DNA of 64,000 nucleotides from Chlorokybus atmophyticus (Eukaryota; Plantae; Mesostigma and Chlorokybus algae): NCBI GenBank assembly GCA_009103225.1, contig RHPI01002656.1, positions 310,001 to 374,000 of the forward strand, read 5' to 3'. Shown piece by piece: positions 11,901 to 22,419 of this stretch (position 1 is its first letter; each line of letters starts with the position of its first letter). The notes under the pieces were generated by a model. It saw only the letters and a program-made list of their open reading frames with translations, ran no database searches and was not told where the DNA came from. The position numbers and the translations under genes were made by a program.

Positions 11901-12748
11901 CTGTTGCAGACCAAGCGAGGGCGTTGGCGCAACAATTGAGGGGGGTAATCGCCCCGCTGCTGCCTCCTTTGGTCGAAGACATGCCTGAGGATCAACGCGA
12001 TGCAGGGCAAGGGTACCTCACCCCGCAAGGGGACACCACACAACGAGGAGGAGCTGGTATGGTGGGGGAGCAACAACTCCGTACCGCACTCATCCGGCAA
12101 GCAGTCATGTTGCACAGGCCTGAGGGCAACACATTAAGACAGATGATGGGGATGCAAGAGGGCAGCGCCGCTCGAGCCCGTCTCGTGACATGGCTCGTTG
12201 CCAATCACCCTGCTGTCCCCCTGTTTGCCTTTGGCAACCGAGCATCATGGTTGGGGGCATTCGTTCGTTCGCTGCGACAAGCATACGACGAGGCTGCCAC
12301 CACAGCCCCGGACACGCTGGAGGGAGTGCAAGAGGCAATGCTGCGGCTGCCAGGGGTGGAAGCCGCACGGCAACGGCGGCGCATCGCCATTGCTCATGAG
12401 CTACACGCACAGCAGACTGACCTGCAGCGCACCCTACGCGCTCGCGCCATGACCGTGCTCGATGTGGGAGTGGTACAAGGAAGGTGGGATGCCTACATGG
12501 CAGGGATCTTGCGAGTCCCCACCATCACTCACGACATGCGGCGACAGCTACTACGCGCCGTATACCCACAGCCCATGCCTCAATATCATCATTGGACCGA
12601 CACGGACACCGAGCCCACGGCCACGTGGGAAGGGACATTGGTCAGAGAAGCGGCTCATGCTGTTCGATGGACGTACGCCGCGGAGCAAGCTGAACGCGAG
12701 GCAGGCCCACAAACACCGGGTCCGCCGGGGTTTCCTCCACAGCCATGA
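8923..12748 (+). pseudogene. gag of copy 2 (~1270 codons; one 2-bp deletion near 9711)
   Basis: ORFs 8923..9885 and 9659..12748 are joined by restoring 2 nt, since copies 3 and 4 read ...LRAPAI.VG.AM.DSPL in one frame. It contains CHRCGRPGHYQKEC and CDHCHKTVHLETVC knuckles, N-rich and S/T/A-rich tracts, and a C-terminal unknown domain. Confidence 0.9.
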
Positions 12749-12763
12749 GGTACACCCGCGGGC

Positions 12764-13450
12764 ATGATTCCAGCTTCGCAGAGGCGTCATCCACCTGCGC
12801 CGCCACCACAACCAGCGCCGGAACCTCCAGCACCGAGGCCCCCCCGTGTCTACCAACCACCACGACAAGGTCGGTTCGGCAAAGGGAGAGGGCAAGGAGG
12901 GGGTTCTCCGGACCCAGCAGGCAGAGGAGCTCTGGCTGCCATGCGCTCAGCACCACCGGCTGAGACAACCGAGTCAGAGGTACAGACACCTCGTATGAAG
13001 AGACTGCGTATCGACGCCAATGCTGCCATGGTGGCCAACCAAGGCAAGCACGTCACCATCAACGGTCTGGTACCCAAGCGAGTAATGTTGGACACCGGAG
13101 CACAGCCTGTCATCATCGGGCGCTTCCGCGCGCGGTCCCTAGGCATAACCAGCTCCGACTTGGTGCCTTGCCCGTACGTGTTGGACACTGCCACAGGTAG
13201 CCGAAATAAGGTGATGGGAGTCACCAGTGAGGCCTTTTGCATTCGGTTGACAGGGCTGGACCCAACCCACGCGACCGAGATCGTCCAGCAATGTGTGGTC
13301 ACCAATGCCGGCTCCTTTGACTTTTTGCTTGGGCAGGACTTCAACTTCCCTGTGGGCTTGGGCCTCCACTGCTGGACAGAGCGAGCGTGGTTTCGGCCAC
13401 ATTGGGATGAGGATGACGCAGAGGTACAGGGTTTCCTGCCTCTCGAGTTG
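12764..13450 (+). CDS. aspartic protease region of the copy 2 polyprotein
   Basis: RVMLDTGAQPVIIG (D-T-G) and FDFLLGQDF. It is in frame with gag across a single TGA at 12746-12748. Confidence 0.88.
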
Positions 13451-13822
13451 GTCTCGCGCACGCGCGCCCAACGCAAAATGGTTGCCATGGCCACACGCAG
13501 CCACGCCCGCACCCGGAAGGCTGTAATGGCCACATACGACGGCGCTCGGACGCGAGTCGCTGCTGGTGCCACAGCCCCGTGTCAAACCGGCGACTCCTCT
13601 CCCATCCCGTACAACGAGGAGCAGGAGGATGCCACCGTGGAAGTAGCATTACAAGACCCAGCTGAACGGCGCTGGCGCGCACAGGTGGACGCACACATCT
13701 TGCTCAGCCATCCCCTGATCACCACGCGCTTCCCCAACTACCGAAGCCACGTCAAGGTGCAGGACCGCCATATGGTGGCCACCGGAGTGGTGGAGTTCCA
13801 CACCTTTCGCAGGCAACAGGGC

Positions 13823-14760
13823 GTCACAGTGTTGGAGCTGTTCGGAGGCATTGGCAGTGGTCTTGCTGCGGTCCTCAACACAGGCGTGAAGGTTGTCAAA
13901 TACTATTATTGCGACCCAGACCCACACGCGCAAACAGTCCTCAAGCACCACTTACGCCAATTGCACGCCAGGTATCCACGTCAACTACCCCTCTCGGCGT
14001 TGCAAGGCAGCCTCAAAGCATTGCCACAGGACATCCGGCTGATCATTGAAGATCACCTACTGTCCCTCGGCAACGTCGACCTGTTAATAGCTAGATGGGA
14101 ATGTCAAGGGCACTCCAGGGCAGGCAAGGGGCAAGGCTTCGAAAACCCTCGCTCCGGGCTATTCTGGGAGCTGATGAGAATCATCCACCTCCTTCAACAC
14201 CACCAGATCTCTAGACCCCTGGGGTACGTCATCGAAAATGTGCATTCAGAGGACGACAAGCGTCCGCACGTAGCCTCCAGCTACTGGCAAGTTTGCTCCA
14301 TTCTGGGGCACCCACTCAAGGTGAACGCGGCACGACATGGCTCGCGCGCACATCGTGTATGTGCCAAATGGACAAACTTGGCCACCGTGGAGGAACTCAT
14401 GACCGCCGAATACACACGCAGCGCTCGGCCGCGCAACCTGCTGGTCGACGACATCCTTGACCCCGGCCGCACAGCACAACCTGTCCTGCGTCATGACCAC
14501 CACCACTTCTACCCGTGCAATCAGCCCGGTCAGCCCCGTCGCGCACTCCCAACAGTGGTGTCCTACCCGGGCTCCTACGCTTTTCGAAACGGTGGTGACG
14601 GGATGGTGTTCGATGCGACAACCAACATGCTGGAAGAACCCAACGCACGCAAACGTGAACGCGCCATGGGATTCTCCCCAACAGCATCACGGGCTCATCG
14701 TTGACGGACAGTCAGCAATGCCAGCTGCTTGGTCGCGCCATGGACCAAAACAACATGGTA
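13823..14760 (+). CDS. DNMT3/DRM-like C5 DNA cytosine methyltransferase domain embedded in pol
   Basis: Motif I VTVLELFGGIGSG, motif IV DLLIARWECQGHS (Cys at 14102-14104), motif VI YVIENV (14234), motif VIII RAHRVCAKWTNL, EPNARKRERAMGF, and QLLGRAMD after a 1-bp frameshift at ~14678. Confidence 0.92.
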
Positions 14761-15138
14761 TGGCTGCTGGAGCTGAGCTTCGCGTTGTAGGACCGCCACG
14801 TGTCCTTCGAGGATCTCGAACACTTGGCTGGGGGGTGGGCTGATCGCGTGGTCGACACCAAGGCAGCTCACACAGCCCTAGAGGTGATCCACATGGAGGA
14901 GCAAGCAGCAGTGACAGTGGAGGACATTTCTGTGGTTGCCAATGCAACCTCCTGAGACCATGCCATTGGCCCGTTGGCCACAGAAGACACTCGAGAGAAG
15001 CTGGAGGCTCTCCTCAACAAATGGAGGAGCCAATTCAGCTTCAATGTGAAGGAATTGGGTACATGTATAGTGTACCAGATGGACATCGAGCTGGTGGACA
15101 CTGAGCCGGTGTTCCGATGACAATACAGGCTCTCCAAG

Positions 15139-16370
15139 TTGGAAGAAGACTTGGTGGAACAGAGATGTAAGGCGCTGCTGGATGCAGGCCTTATCGAAGA
15201 GTCCACATCGGACTTCGCAGCAGCAACCGTCATGCCACTGAAGAAGGATTCAGCAGGCAACTGGACAGAGCGACGCATGTGTGGCGACTATCGCCCCCTC
15301 AACAACAAGACCAAGCAAGACCGGTACCCCATGCCCACAGCAGAGGGTATTTTTGATAATGTGGGAGACTGCACAGTCTTCAGCATCCTGAACATGCGTC
15401 AGGGGTACAACCAAATCGCCATCAAGGACGAGGACAAGCACAAGACCTCCTTCTGGGGCAATCGACAGTTGTACCAATGGAAAGTAATGCCGTTCGGGCT
15501 GAAGAATGCCCCCGCCAAGTTTCAACGCGTCATGGACAAAGCCTTGAAGGGGCTGGACTGCGCGCGGTGCTACATCGATGACATCCTCATCTTCAGCCAC
15601 AGCAACGAGGAGCATCTTCAGCACATCGAAGCGGTGCTGGAACGACTCAAGGGAGTGAGGATGACCGTACACCCCGACAAGTGTACCTTCTTCACCCACA
15701 AGGTGCCGTACTTAGGGCACATGATTGTGCCCCATGGGGTGTATGTGCAGCAGGCAAAAGTAGAGGCTCTGGCAGCTATCCCTGCCCCGACAGACTTCAC
15801 ACGCCTGCGCGCTCTCTTGGGACTTGCCAACTACTATCGCCGGTTCGTGAAGGACTTCGCGAAGATCGCAAGGCCCCTCAACGAGCTACAGAAGAAGGAG
15901 GTGGAGTTCGCGTGGAAGGAGCCGCAACAGCAGGCCTTCGAGGAGCTGAAGAGCAGACTCACCAGCGCTCCCATCCTTCAACGTCCGGACTACGCCAAGC
16001 CTTTCATCCTTCACACCGACTGGAGCAAGCTGGGGATGGGAGCGGTGCTGGTGCAGCACGATGAGAACAAGAAGGAGCGGGTGGTGTCATACGCCAGCCG
16101 AAGCAACAACAGCGCCGAGGCCAACTACAGCAGCTACGAAGGGGAGTGCCTCGCTGCAGTGTGGGCCATCTCCTTCTTCCGACCTTTCCTCTTTGGTCGA
16201 CAGTTCCAACTGATAACCGATCATCAGCCCCTCAAGTGGCTGATGACTAACCAACATCTGACAGGGAAACTTGCTCGATGGGCCCTGCTGTTACAGGAAT
16301 ACGACTTCGAGATTGACCACCGCGCTGGCCTCACCAACCAAGACGCCGATGGCCTCAGTCGCAACCCTCA
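15139..16370 (+). CDS. reverse transcriptase and RNase H of copy 2 (Ty3/Gypsy type)
   Basis: RMCGDYRPLN, DRYPMP, MPFGLKNAPAKFQ, YIDD (15571-15582), LHTDWSKLGMGAVL, NYSSYEGECLA, ITDHQPL and DADGLSR. Confidence 0.97.
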
Positions 16371-16819
16371 CCCCAGAACCAACGACGCAACTGGAGCGCG
16401 GCATGAGCTCATCCCCGCAGCAACAGCCCCCACCATGGCAGCCATGTTTGCAGCTGCCGCGTTGCGCTCAGGGCGCAAGACCAACACCACGGCCTCAGCA
16501 GTGGTAGAGGAGATTCCTGCCCTTGAGTCTACCGACCCTGTGGCAACCACACCCTTGGGAGACGCCCACGCAGCCGACATTGACATCGATGACACAGAGC
16601 TGGCGCCCACCGACACTAGGCAGGACATATGGCATGACAAGCCGTCACTCTCCTTTCTTCAAAGTGGCCACCTTCCCTCCGGCATGAGCGCTCGAGAGAA
16701 GGACCAGGTCAACCAACGCACCCGTCACTATCGATGGGCAGGTGACAAGCTGTATCGCCGCTTCCACGGCGAAGACAAGGAAGTGCCGACACCAGTCACG
16801 CGCGAGGGCATCATCACTT

Positions 16820-17814
16820 CCCTCCACACTGAGCTTGGACACTTCGGTGTCAAGCGTAAAGTCAGCCTAGTGAGGGCACAATATTGGTGGTATGGACTAA
16901 CATAACAGGTGCAAAGGTTCGTCAGCCACTGCCAGCAGTGTGACATGGTGCGCGCCAGCCTCAACACGCGTAGCGCCACCTTGCACCCACTTCCCATCTC
17001 CGGTCTCTTTTACCGATGGGGGCTCGACATCTTGGGGGACTTGGCACCCTCAGCGCGTGGCAACCGTTACATCTTGATCATGATCGAGCACTTCTCCATA
17101 TGGGTGGAGCTGGTGCCATTACCCGACAAGAGCAGCAGGGGGGTGTCTCAAGCCTTCCTCTCTCACGTTCTCAGCCGCTTTGGCAGCTGCGCCGAGGTCA
17201 TCACTGACCAAGGTACTGAGTTCAGAGGGGAATTCGACACCCTCTTGGACAAATGTTACATCGACCACCGCCGTACCTCGCGTGATCACCCTCAAGCCGA
17301 CGGCCTCGCCGAGCGTACAGTACAAACCATCAAGAAGGCACTCCGCAAATACGTGCTGGAGTACGAGAAGAACACTTGGGATGACCACCTCCCATGGGTG
17401 GCCCTTGGATATCGATTGTCAAAGCAGGCGGCTCTGCGGGAGTACAGCCCGTACTACCTGCTGTTCGGGCGACCACCATTGCTCCCCTTCCGTGCGCAGC
17501 AGGAGGTGGATCGCGTCGTGAACAACCTCGACGACCCTGACTGGATGCACCACGACATCACCGCGCGCGCCGCGCTTTTCGAGCGCACCGTCCCCATGGC
17601 CTTCAACAACCTGCGCATCGCGCAGCATCGCGACACGCTGCGCTACGAGCGCGTACGCAGCGGCTTCTACAAGGAGCGCCAACGGCGGTTCCAAGCGGGG
17701 GACTTTGCCTATCGCATGGCAGCCACCAAAGACACGCTTGACACCTCCGTAGGCCGCACCGTCTACAAGGTACTCAAAGTGTACCCTACAGGGGTGCTGG
17801 ACCTCCTTGGTTAA
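16820..17814 (+). CDS. DDE integrase of copy 2
   Basis: HTELGHFG...CQQCD zinc finger, WGLDILG, EVITDQG and GLAERTVQ. In-frame TAA codons occur at 16903 and 17812. Confidence 0.95.
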
Positions 17815-17922
17815 CGCGGAGAAAGGTTGAAGGACAACATGGCGAACTGTGCGCCATATCACCTTCCTTACGTAGCCGGCTTCGGGCGTATCCAGCACCC
17901 TCGTCCCGCGCGCAGCACACGC

Positions 17923-18087
17923 TGTGAACACTGCGGCAGCGCTGGCGACGACGCACTCATGATGCTCTGCGATGGCTGCAACAAGGGCCTACATTGCTAC
18001 TGCCTAGAGCCACCGTTGGACACGATACCTATGGAGGAGTATTGGTGCGACGATTGCCGTACCAACGGCCCTCCTCACTTGCGTTAG
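17923..18087 (+). CDS. PHD finger (C4HC3) at the integrase C-terminus
   Basis: CEHC-x11-CDGC-x4-H-x2-C-x14-CDDC. It is in frame with integrase across one TAA and is also present in copy 1. Confidence 0.92.
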   Translation, partial: CEHCGSAGDDALMMLCDGCNKGLHCYCLEPPLDTIPMEEYWCDDCRTNGPPHLR

Positions 18088-18124
18088 CAGCTGAGCTCTG
18101 GAGCTGGAACCTTCCCCAGAGCCC

Positions 18125-18375
18125 AGGGGGGGTGGCTTGTTGATGTTGTATGCTACAGCACAGCATGTTCTGCAGGAAGAACACCGACTCCATCTGCCCG
18201 TACTACCCAGCAGCAGCACACCAGCTGCACGAAGCACTTGTCACCATGAGGGTGGAGGTCATCTTTCTGTTTTTGCTATGCGTTACACAGGTGGCGCAGC
18301 AGCATGTCCAGCACAACATGGCTGTCCATGCAGCTGTCCGAGACAGCGTGACCCTCGACTCCTCTCGACCCGACA
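18125..18375 (+). other. PPT and 238-bp 3' terminal segment of copy 2
   Basis: AGGGGGGGTGGCT|TGTTGA...CTCGACCCGACA, followed by the TSD. Confidence 0.85.
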
Positions 18376-21350
18376 GGAGCAACAAGGGCAGCATGAGCTA
18401 ACCTTTTGCCCTTGTTGCGTATGACTGAAGCCTCCCGACTGCGGTCGCATCGAGGGGGCTCTGTCATGCCTATAAGGCTGGCTAAAGTCATTCTCTATTC
18501 CTTACTTATGTAAATAAGATGAGACCGGGTGCGTTTTCCATGTCATAAGCATGTGTAGGGCTTGTGGGGTGGCTCTCACATGGTCTACTCTTAAGCCTAT
18601 GAGGCCTTGAGTGAGATAAACTACACAAGGTATTGCATATCAGCAAGCACAACGCTGGTCGGTACCATTGAGACATGGCCATGTGAGCCATGTGTCCGCA
18701 TGTGTGTGCATATGTTTGCATGTGCATATGTCCACATATGTGTGCATATGCGCGCATGTGTATGCATGTGTGTGATGTCCTAGGCTGATGTGACTAGCCA
18801 AGGACGTTCACAATGTCCGAGGCTGATGTGTGATCAGTCTTGGACATTAAACAAGAGGTCCAAGGGCTGATGTGGCAGCCCTAGACATGAGTTGTGGTCA
18901 ACGCAGCCATGACAAGGCAAGTAGCCTTGAACTTGGATGTTCTAGGTTGGAGAGCAGCAAAGAGGGGGTATATGAACGGCCTCAACAAGTGTTGACGGAG
19001 CTCAACATGTGCATACTCGACTCTTGTGTGTGGGGTGCCTAGTTTAGTTGTTCAAGGGGCTCTCCCTCTCATCCCATGTGGGGTGTGATGCTTGTGGCAG
19101 CTCTGCACACGTGTGTGGGGTGTGCATGTGTGTGGGAGCTGAGTAGAGAGGTTGTTGGCATCCTCTCCTTCCTTGGTGCGGTGCTGTGACTTCCCCTTCA
19201 AGGTACTGCACCCGGTGCAGTACCTAGCCCGACTAGCAACACACGGGCCGTGTGTTGCTAGTCGGGCTTCCGGAAGTAAGTCCTTGTGCTTGTGCATAAG
19301 TTTGCCAAGCCGTCCAGCAAGTAAGTGAGTGGTGTCGTTACAGGCTCCGCACTTGTGCTATGGGACGTGGCGCATTCCGGTTGGTGTGCAGTACTGCAAT
19401 CTCATACATCGCGCTTGTGGATGGTACAGTCTCGAAAGCTTTCTTGAGGGTGTAGCCAAGGGGCCGATTGTAGTTCAGCATTAAGCGCGTTGACTCACTA
19501 TAGGTGGGGTCCAACTCGGCCGCATACACCACTGCAGCCGCCTCCTCGCTGACAATCTTGAAGTCAGTGTCCTTCAGCAGCCCATCTAGCCGCGAGTATA
19601 ACATGAGAGGGTCCTTATTGGGCTTCCGTAAAAAGTGTCTCAATTCCTCCACCTTGCTGTTAGTTAGAGGTGGGAAAGTGCAGCGTAGAAGTCCGTGAGA
19701 GGAGAGTCGAACATAGCGGTACCAACAGCGATAGCTGGTGCGCGCAATGTCACTGACCTTAGGGTGAAGACACGGCCTCCTGCTGACCCGCAAGAGCCTG
19801 AAGTTGGTAGTGAAAGTGTACCAAGCTCCACAGCTACAGCTTGTTGCTCATCTTGCTGCTCCTTGATGGCAGCGGTACGGTTAAGTACCTTGATCCAACG
19901 ATCGGCTTTCTTTGCCTCGATCTCCGCATGAGTTAAGGAGGCTACCACCACTTTGACCTCTTCATTTTTCTGCCTTTTCCATGGCGGCAGCTAAGGTGGG
20001 ACTGGTGACCGAGGCTGGTGGGGCCACTGTTGCAGAGGCAGCAGCTGCTGGGTTGCGTAATGAAGTGGATGCTATGGCGCTGGCAAGCTTGCCATCATGC
20101 TATGACATATCGATCTTGTGCAGCTCAGCAACAGATTTTTAAACATCATGTGCTTTATGGTCAAGATAATGAGCAGACACATGGAACGACACCTCGTCTG
20201 TCTAGTCCTTGCTCTTGAGGGCTTGCTGCCGCATCTTGGATTGAAGCTTGATAATGAACTCATCAAGTGATGTGGTGCCCGCACGTCCGGAGAAGCGCAG
20301 GGAGTTGGTTGAGCTTGAGGACTTCATCTTGTCTTCGTCACTATCCGAAGGAGGTTGAGAAGCTCGTTGCCGAGGAGTGAAGTGGAAGGAGGTGAAGCCG
20401 AGAAAGAACATGAGCCTCTGCTGCTACAGTAATTGCTTCCCTCACTTGCTCGTTCACAGGTAAGGTTTGAGGTGGGCTCCAGCTGCTGAGGTTCCCCTTG
20501 TCTATTGGCGAGAAAAGGGTGGGCCTGCTCATACAGCTGATGCGAGAGTGAAAGTGTATAAAGGGTAGAGTGGTTGTGCCCTACCAATTCTATGTCAATG
20601 CTGCTACCACTCGACACACTAGTGCTTGTGCGCACTATGTGATGACAATAACAACAATGCACGAAGATGTATCAAGCTGCAAGCTGCACTTCTGATATGC
20701 AGGATGCAACCACACTCACTTAAGCATAGAGGGTAACACTGTGAGTCAACAAGCCACTACTATTATAGTACCTATGATAGGTAGTGCTATTACACAGTGT
20801 TTTGCATGAGTGGACAATGTGCTACACTGGTCATTGAGGTGAACGAGCAAGCAACACGTTGTTGTTATACCCAAACTGATGCCAACAAGCACGCCGCAAC
20901 CCAGCACACCAAGCTCAGCAATGACAAGCACAGTGCACAAGAGCATGCACAGGCTCGCACATGGTGAGGGGATCTTGGTAACCGGAATGGTGTGTTTGTA
21001 GTTCAAGTTGCTTTACAAGCTCTTAGCTTTCTCACTCACAGTGTCACCAACTGATTCGGTGAACACCGCGACTACCTATACAAGTCAAATCATGACTGTT
21101 CAGAACATGAGCTAACGGTCACATCGTGGCTAATTCCAAAGAAATTCCCTTTCGATTTGAAACACAGCTTATAACCGAACTCACAATTAAACAGCCACGC
21201 GTGGTGCCTATGTTGGCTACAGTCACGAGATAGTTTAGAGTTATGACCTAGCTACTAAAGAGCGCGATTTTTCATGCTGATAGGTCGGGCGAGGGTCTTG
21301 ATGTAGGCATGCTCGGTGAAGGCTGGCATACGAGGGCAGTGAGCATGACA
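18376..21350 (-). mobile_element. copy 3 (minus strand): 5' end, leader and gag, serving as target of three insertions
   Basis: The 5' end TGTCATGC is at 21350 and the leader is homologous to 8160-8920. The gag start is at 20532, with peptides TTSLDEFIIK and EAAAVVYAAELDP. It is interrupted at 18462-19342 and continues at 8121-7925. Confidence 0.92.
18462..19342 (+). mobile_element. 881-bp solo-LTR-like insertion in the gag of copy 3
   Basis: TGTCATGCCTAT...GTCGTTACA with a 5-bp TSD GGCTC (18457-18461, 19343-19347). Removal restores TSAEPPRCDR. It contains three GGCTGATGTG repeats, a TATATGAA box at ~18969 and two perfect hairpins at 19201-19268. Confidence 0.88.
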
Positions 21351-22419
21351 CCTTGATGAAAATGTGAACTACCAACACCCCCAGCAGCCTTTGCCACAAT
21401 CACAGTTTGTTGATGCATTAGAAATGGAGCGGAGAGAAATTTATTGCGGGAGGCTCATACATGCACAGAGGTGCACTGATTAGTGACTATGTGTACAATC
21501 ATATGACACGTGTACACCAATTAGTCAACACACACTCGCGCGTGCAAACATAATTCACTCTTGCATTATATGTACGCATGCACGTGCATCATGTGCGTGC
21601 ATAAACAGCAAGAGTGTGTGTGCTCGTTCATCTGCAAGTGTTGGTGCAGTGCAAGTAAGAACATGTGGGTACCGAGCAGTTGCCAAGCAGCTTAAGCAGA
21701 CACAGTTGCATGCAATGTGCGCAGCGTGTACGCGTGTGCACGATATGGTGGAGTGCAGTAAATATGCACGTCTGTGCATGTGAACGCTGTAGTTGCAGTA
21801 GGTGAGTGCGTGTAGCTTCCTGTTTGAAAAGATGGGTCACCAACGCAACAGACAATAGAACATCACCTCCCGAGCACTTGGCAACCACCGCCAACCATGC
21901 TCAGCGATAACAAACCGCAGGCCCCTAGCATGCTAAAAAAGAACTTGCAAACAACCACACACAGCGCTTGGCAGGCGCGAAGCTGGTGCAATTGATGACT
22001 GCATGCTACACTATACCAATTCACTTTTGGCAACTTTCGCATGTTCAAGACAAAGAGCGTGACAACAATATGACACAAGGTTTTTGTTTTTTTTTGTCAT
22101 ATTGTTGCATTTTGCAACAGAGTTCAGTCTGTTTTTGGGGGGCGACTCGACTTTTACCCACCCCGTGAACGACATGGAGAAGGCCAGATTAACCGTTACG
22201 GGATGTGTTGGTGAATTGTGCAGCATTACACGCTGCTACCACGCCGGTCGGGGGGCTTATCAGATGGGTTCCAGCGTTGTCTCATAGGCCGCCCCGCGCT
22301 TCGCAAACAGTGTCACTTCATCATTATGAGCCATAGCTAGTCATGGGCATACAACAATTTGCGACGTTGATGCACTCTGCGGACAGAGTCCATTCATCTG
22401 ACAACACGAATCTGCTGGC

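Larger units (their letters stand above)
8122..18375 (+). mobile_element. complete DNMT-PHD Ty3/Gypsy-type element, copy 2 (10,254 bp), no LTRs detected
   Basis: Ends are TGTCATGCC...CCCGACA with a 4-bp TSD GGAG (8118-8121, 18376-18379). Removing it restores AALVAPVLC in the host gag. It carries a full gag-PR-DNMT-RT-RH-IN-PHD set with two frameshifts and about six stops. Confidence 0.93.

Noticed and set aside
12746-12748. Single in-frame TGA between gag and pol (and TAA at 1861-1863 in copy 1) as programmed readthrough
   Set aside because: The two stops are at non-homologous positions of the Pro/Gly linker, and both copies carry other nonsense mutations. Ordinary decay of one long ORF is simpler.
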